Below, piece by piece: positions 63,449 through 64,000 of a DNA stretch of 64,000 nucleotides. The stretch is taken from positions 1 to 64,000 of the forward strand of contig NW_026867444.1 in assembly GCF_020745735.1 (NCBI RefSeq). Reading direction: 5' to 3'. A program made the position numbers and the translations under genes. The stretch comes from Hemiscyllium ocellatum. Lineage: Eukaryota. How positions within the stretch are numbered: position 1 is the first letter of the stretch; the number at the start of each line of letters is the position of its first letter. The notes beneath the pieces are model-generated. The model saw only the letters and a program-made list of their open reading frames with translations, had not been told where the DNA came from and searched no databases.

Positions 63449-64000
63449 ACCATCCAGGACCTCATCACCTCAGGGGATCTCCCATCCACCGCCTCCAACC
63501 TCATAGTCCCACAACCCCGCACCGCCCGTTTCTACCTCCTGCCCAAAATCCACAAACCTGCCTGCCCCGGCCGACCCATTGTCTCAGCCTGCTCCTGCCC
63601 CACCGAACTCATCTCCCAATACCTCGACACGGTCCTGTCCCCTTTAGTCCAAGAACTCCCCACCTACGTTCGGGACACCACCCACGCCCTCCACCTCCTC
63701 CAGGATTTTCGCTTCCCCGGTCCCCAACGCCTTATTTTCACTATGGACATCCAGTCCCTGTACACCTCCATCCCCCATCACGAAGGACTCAAAGCCCTCC
63801 GCTTCTTCCTTTCCCGCCGCACCAACCAGTACCCTTCCACTGACACCCTCCTTCGACTGACTGAACTGGTCCTCACCCTGAATAACTTCTCTTTTCAATC
63901 CTCCCACTTCCTCCAAACTAAAGGAGTTGCCATGGGCACCCGCATGGGCCCCAGCTATGCCTGCCTCTTCGTAGGATATGTGGAACAGTCCATCTTCCGC
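63449..64000 (+). mobile_element. Penelope-like RT core, inverted relative to the 3' part, running off the window
   Basis: Stop-free frame from 63449: TIQDLITSG...FYLLPKIHK...GRPIVS...MDIQSLYTSIP...QTKGVAMGTRMGPSYACLF. It is missed by the ORF track because it has no ATG or stop in the window. Confidence 0.9.

Overview
Eukaryotic, non-microbial DNA from a cartilaginous fish (shark). This is inferred from cluster-type Ig light-chain genes, HE1-type SINEs, CR1 LINEs and Penelope-like elements. The window holds two kappa-type (shark type III/NS4-like) light-chain miniloci arranged head-to-head. Cluster A lies on the minus strand: leader 5304-5352, V 4807-5117 with 12-RSS, J 4273-4307 with 23-RSS. 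It looks intact, and its C exon should lie left of the window. Cluster B lies on the plus strand: leader 37152-37200, V 37387-37674 with three stops, J 38138-38172 with a dead splice donor, C 48104-48432 open. The two clusters are arms of an old inverted duplication (about 1-12150 vs about 28150-41205, aligned by eye). The arms share a candidate B-cell enhancer (PU.1-IRF composite + E-box + RUNX) and a 44-bp-period array. Most of the rest is retroelement-derived: CR1, L2, a jockey/CR1-group LINE, a fragmented Gmr1-type Gypsy and SINEs. There is also a young Penelope-like element with an internal inversion and a minimal hammerhead ribozyme, plus short ribozyme-bearing derivatives. Repeat boundaries are approximate; Ig exon, RSS and ribozyme coordinates were counted base by base. 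No database searches were run.
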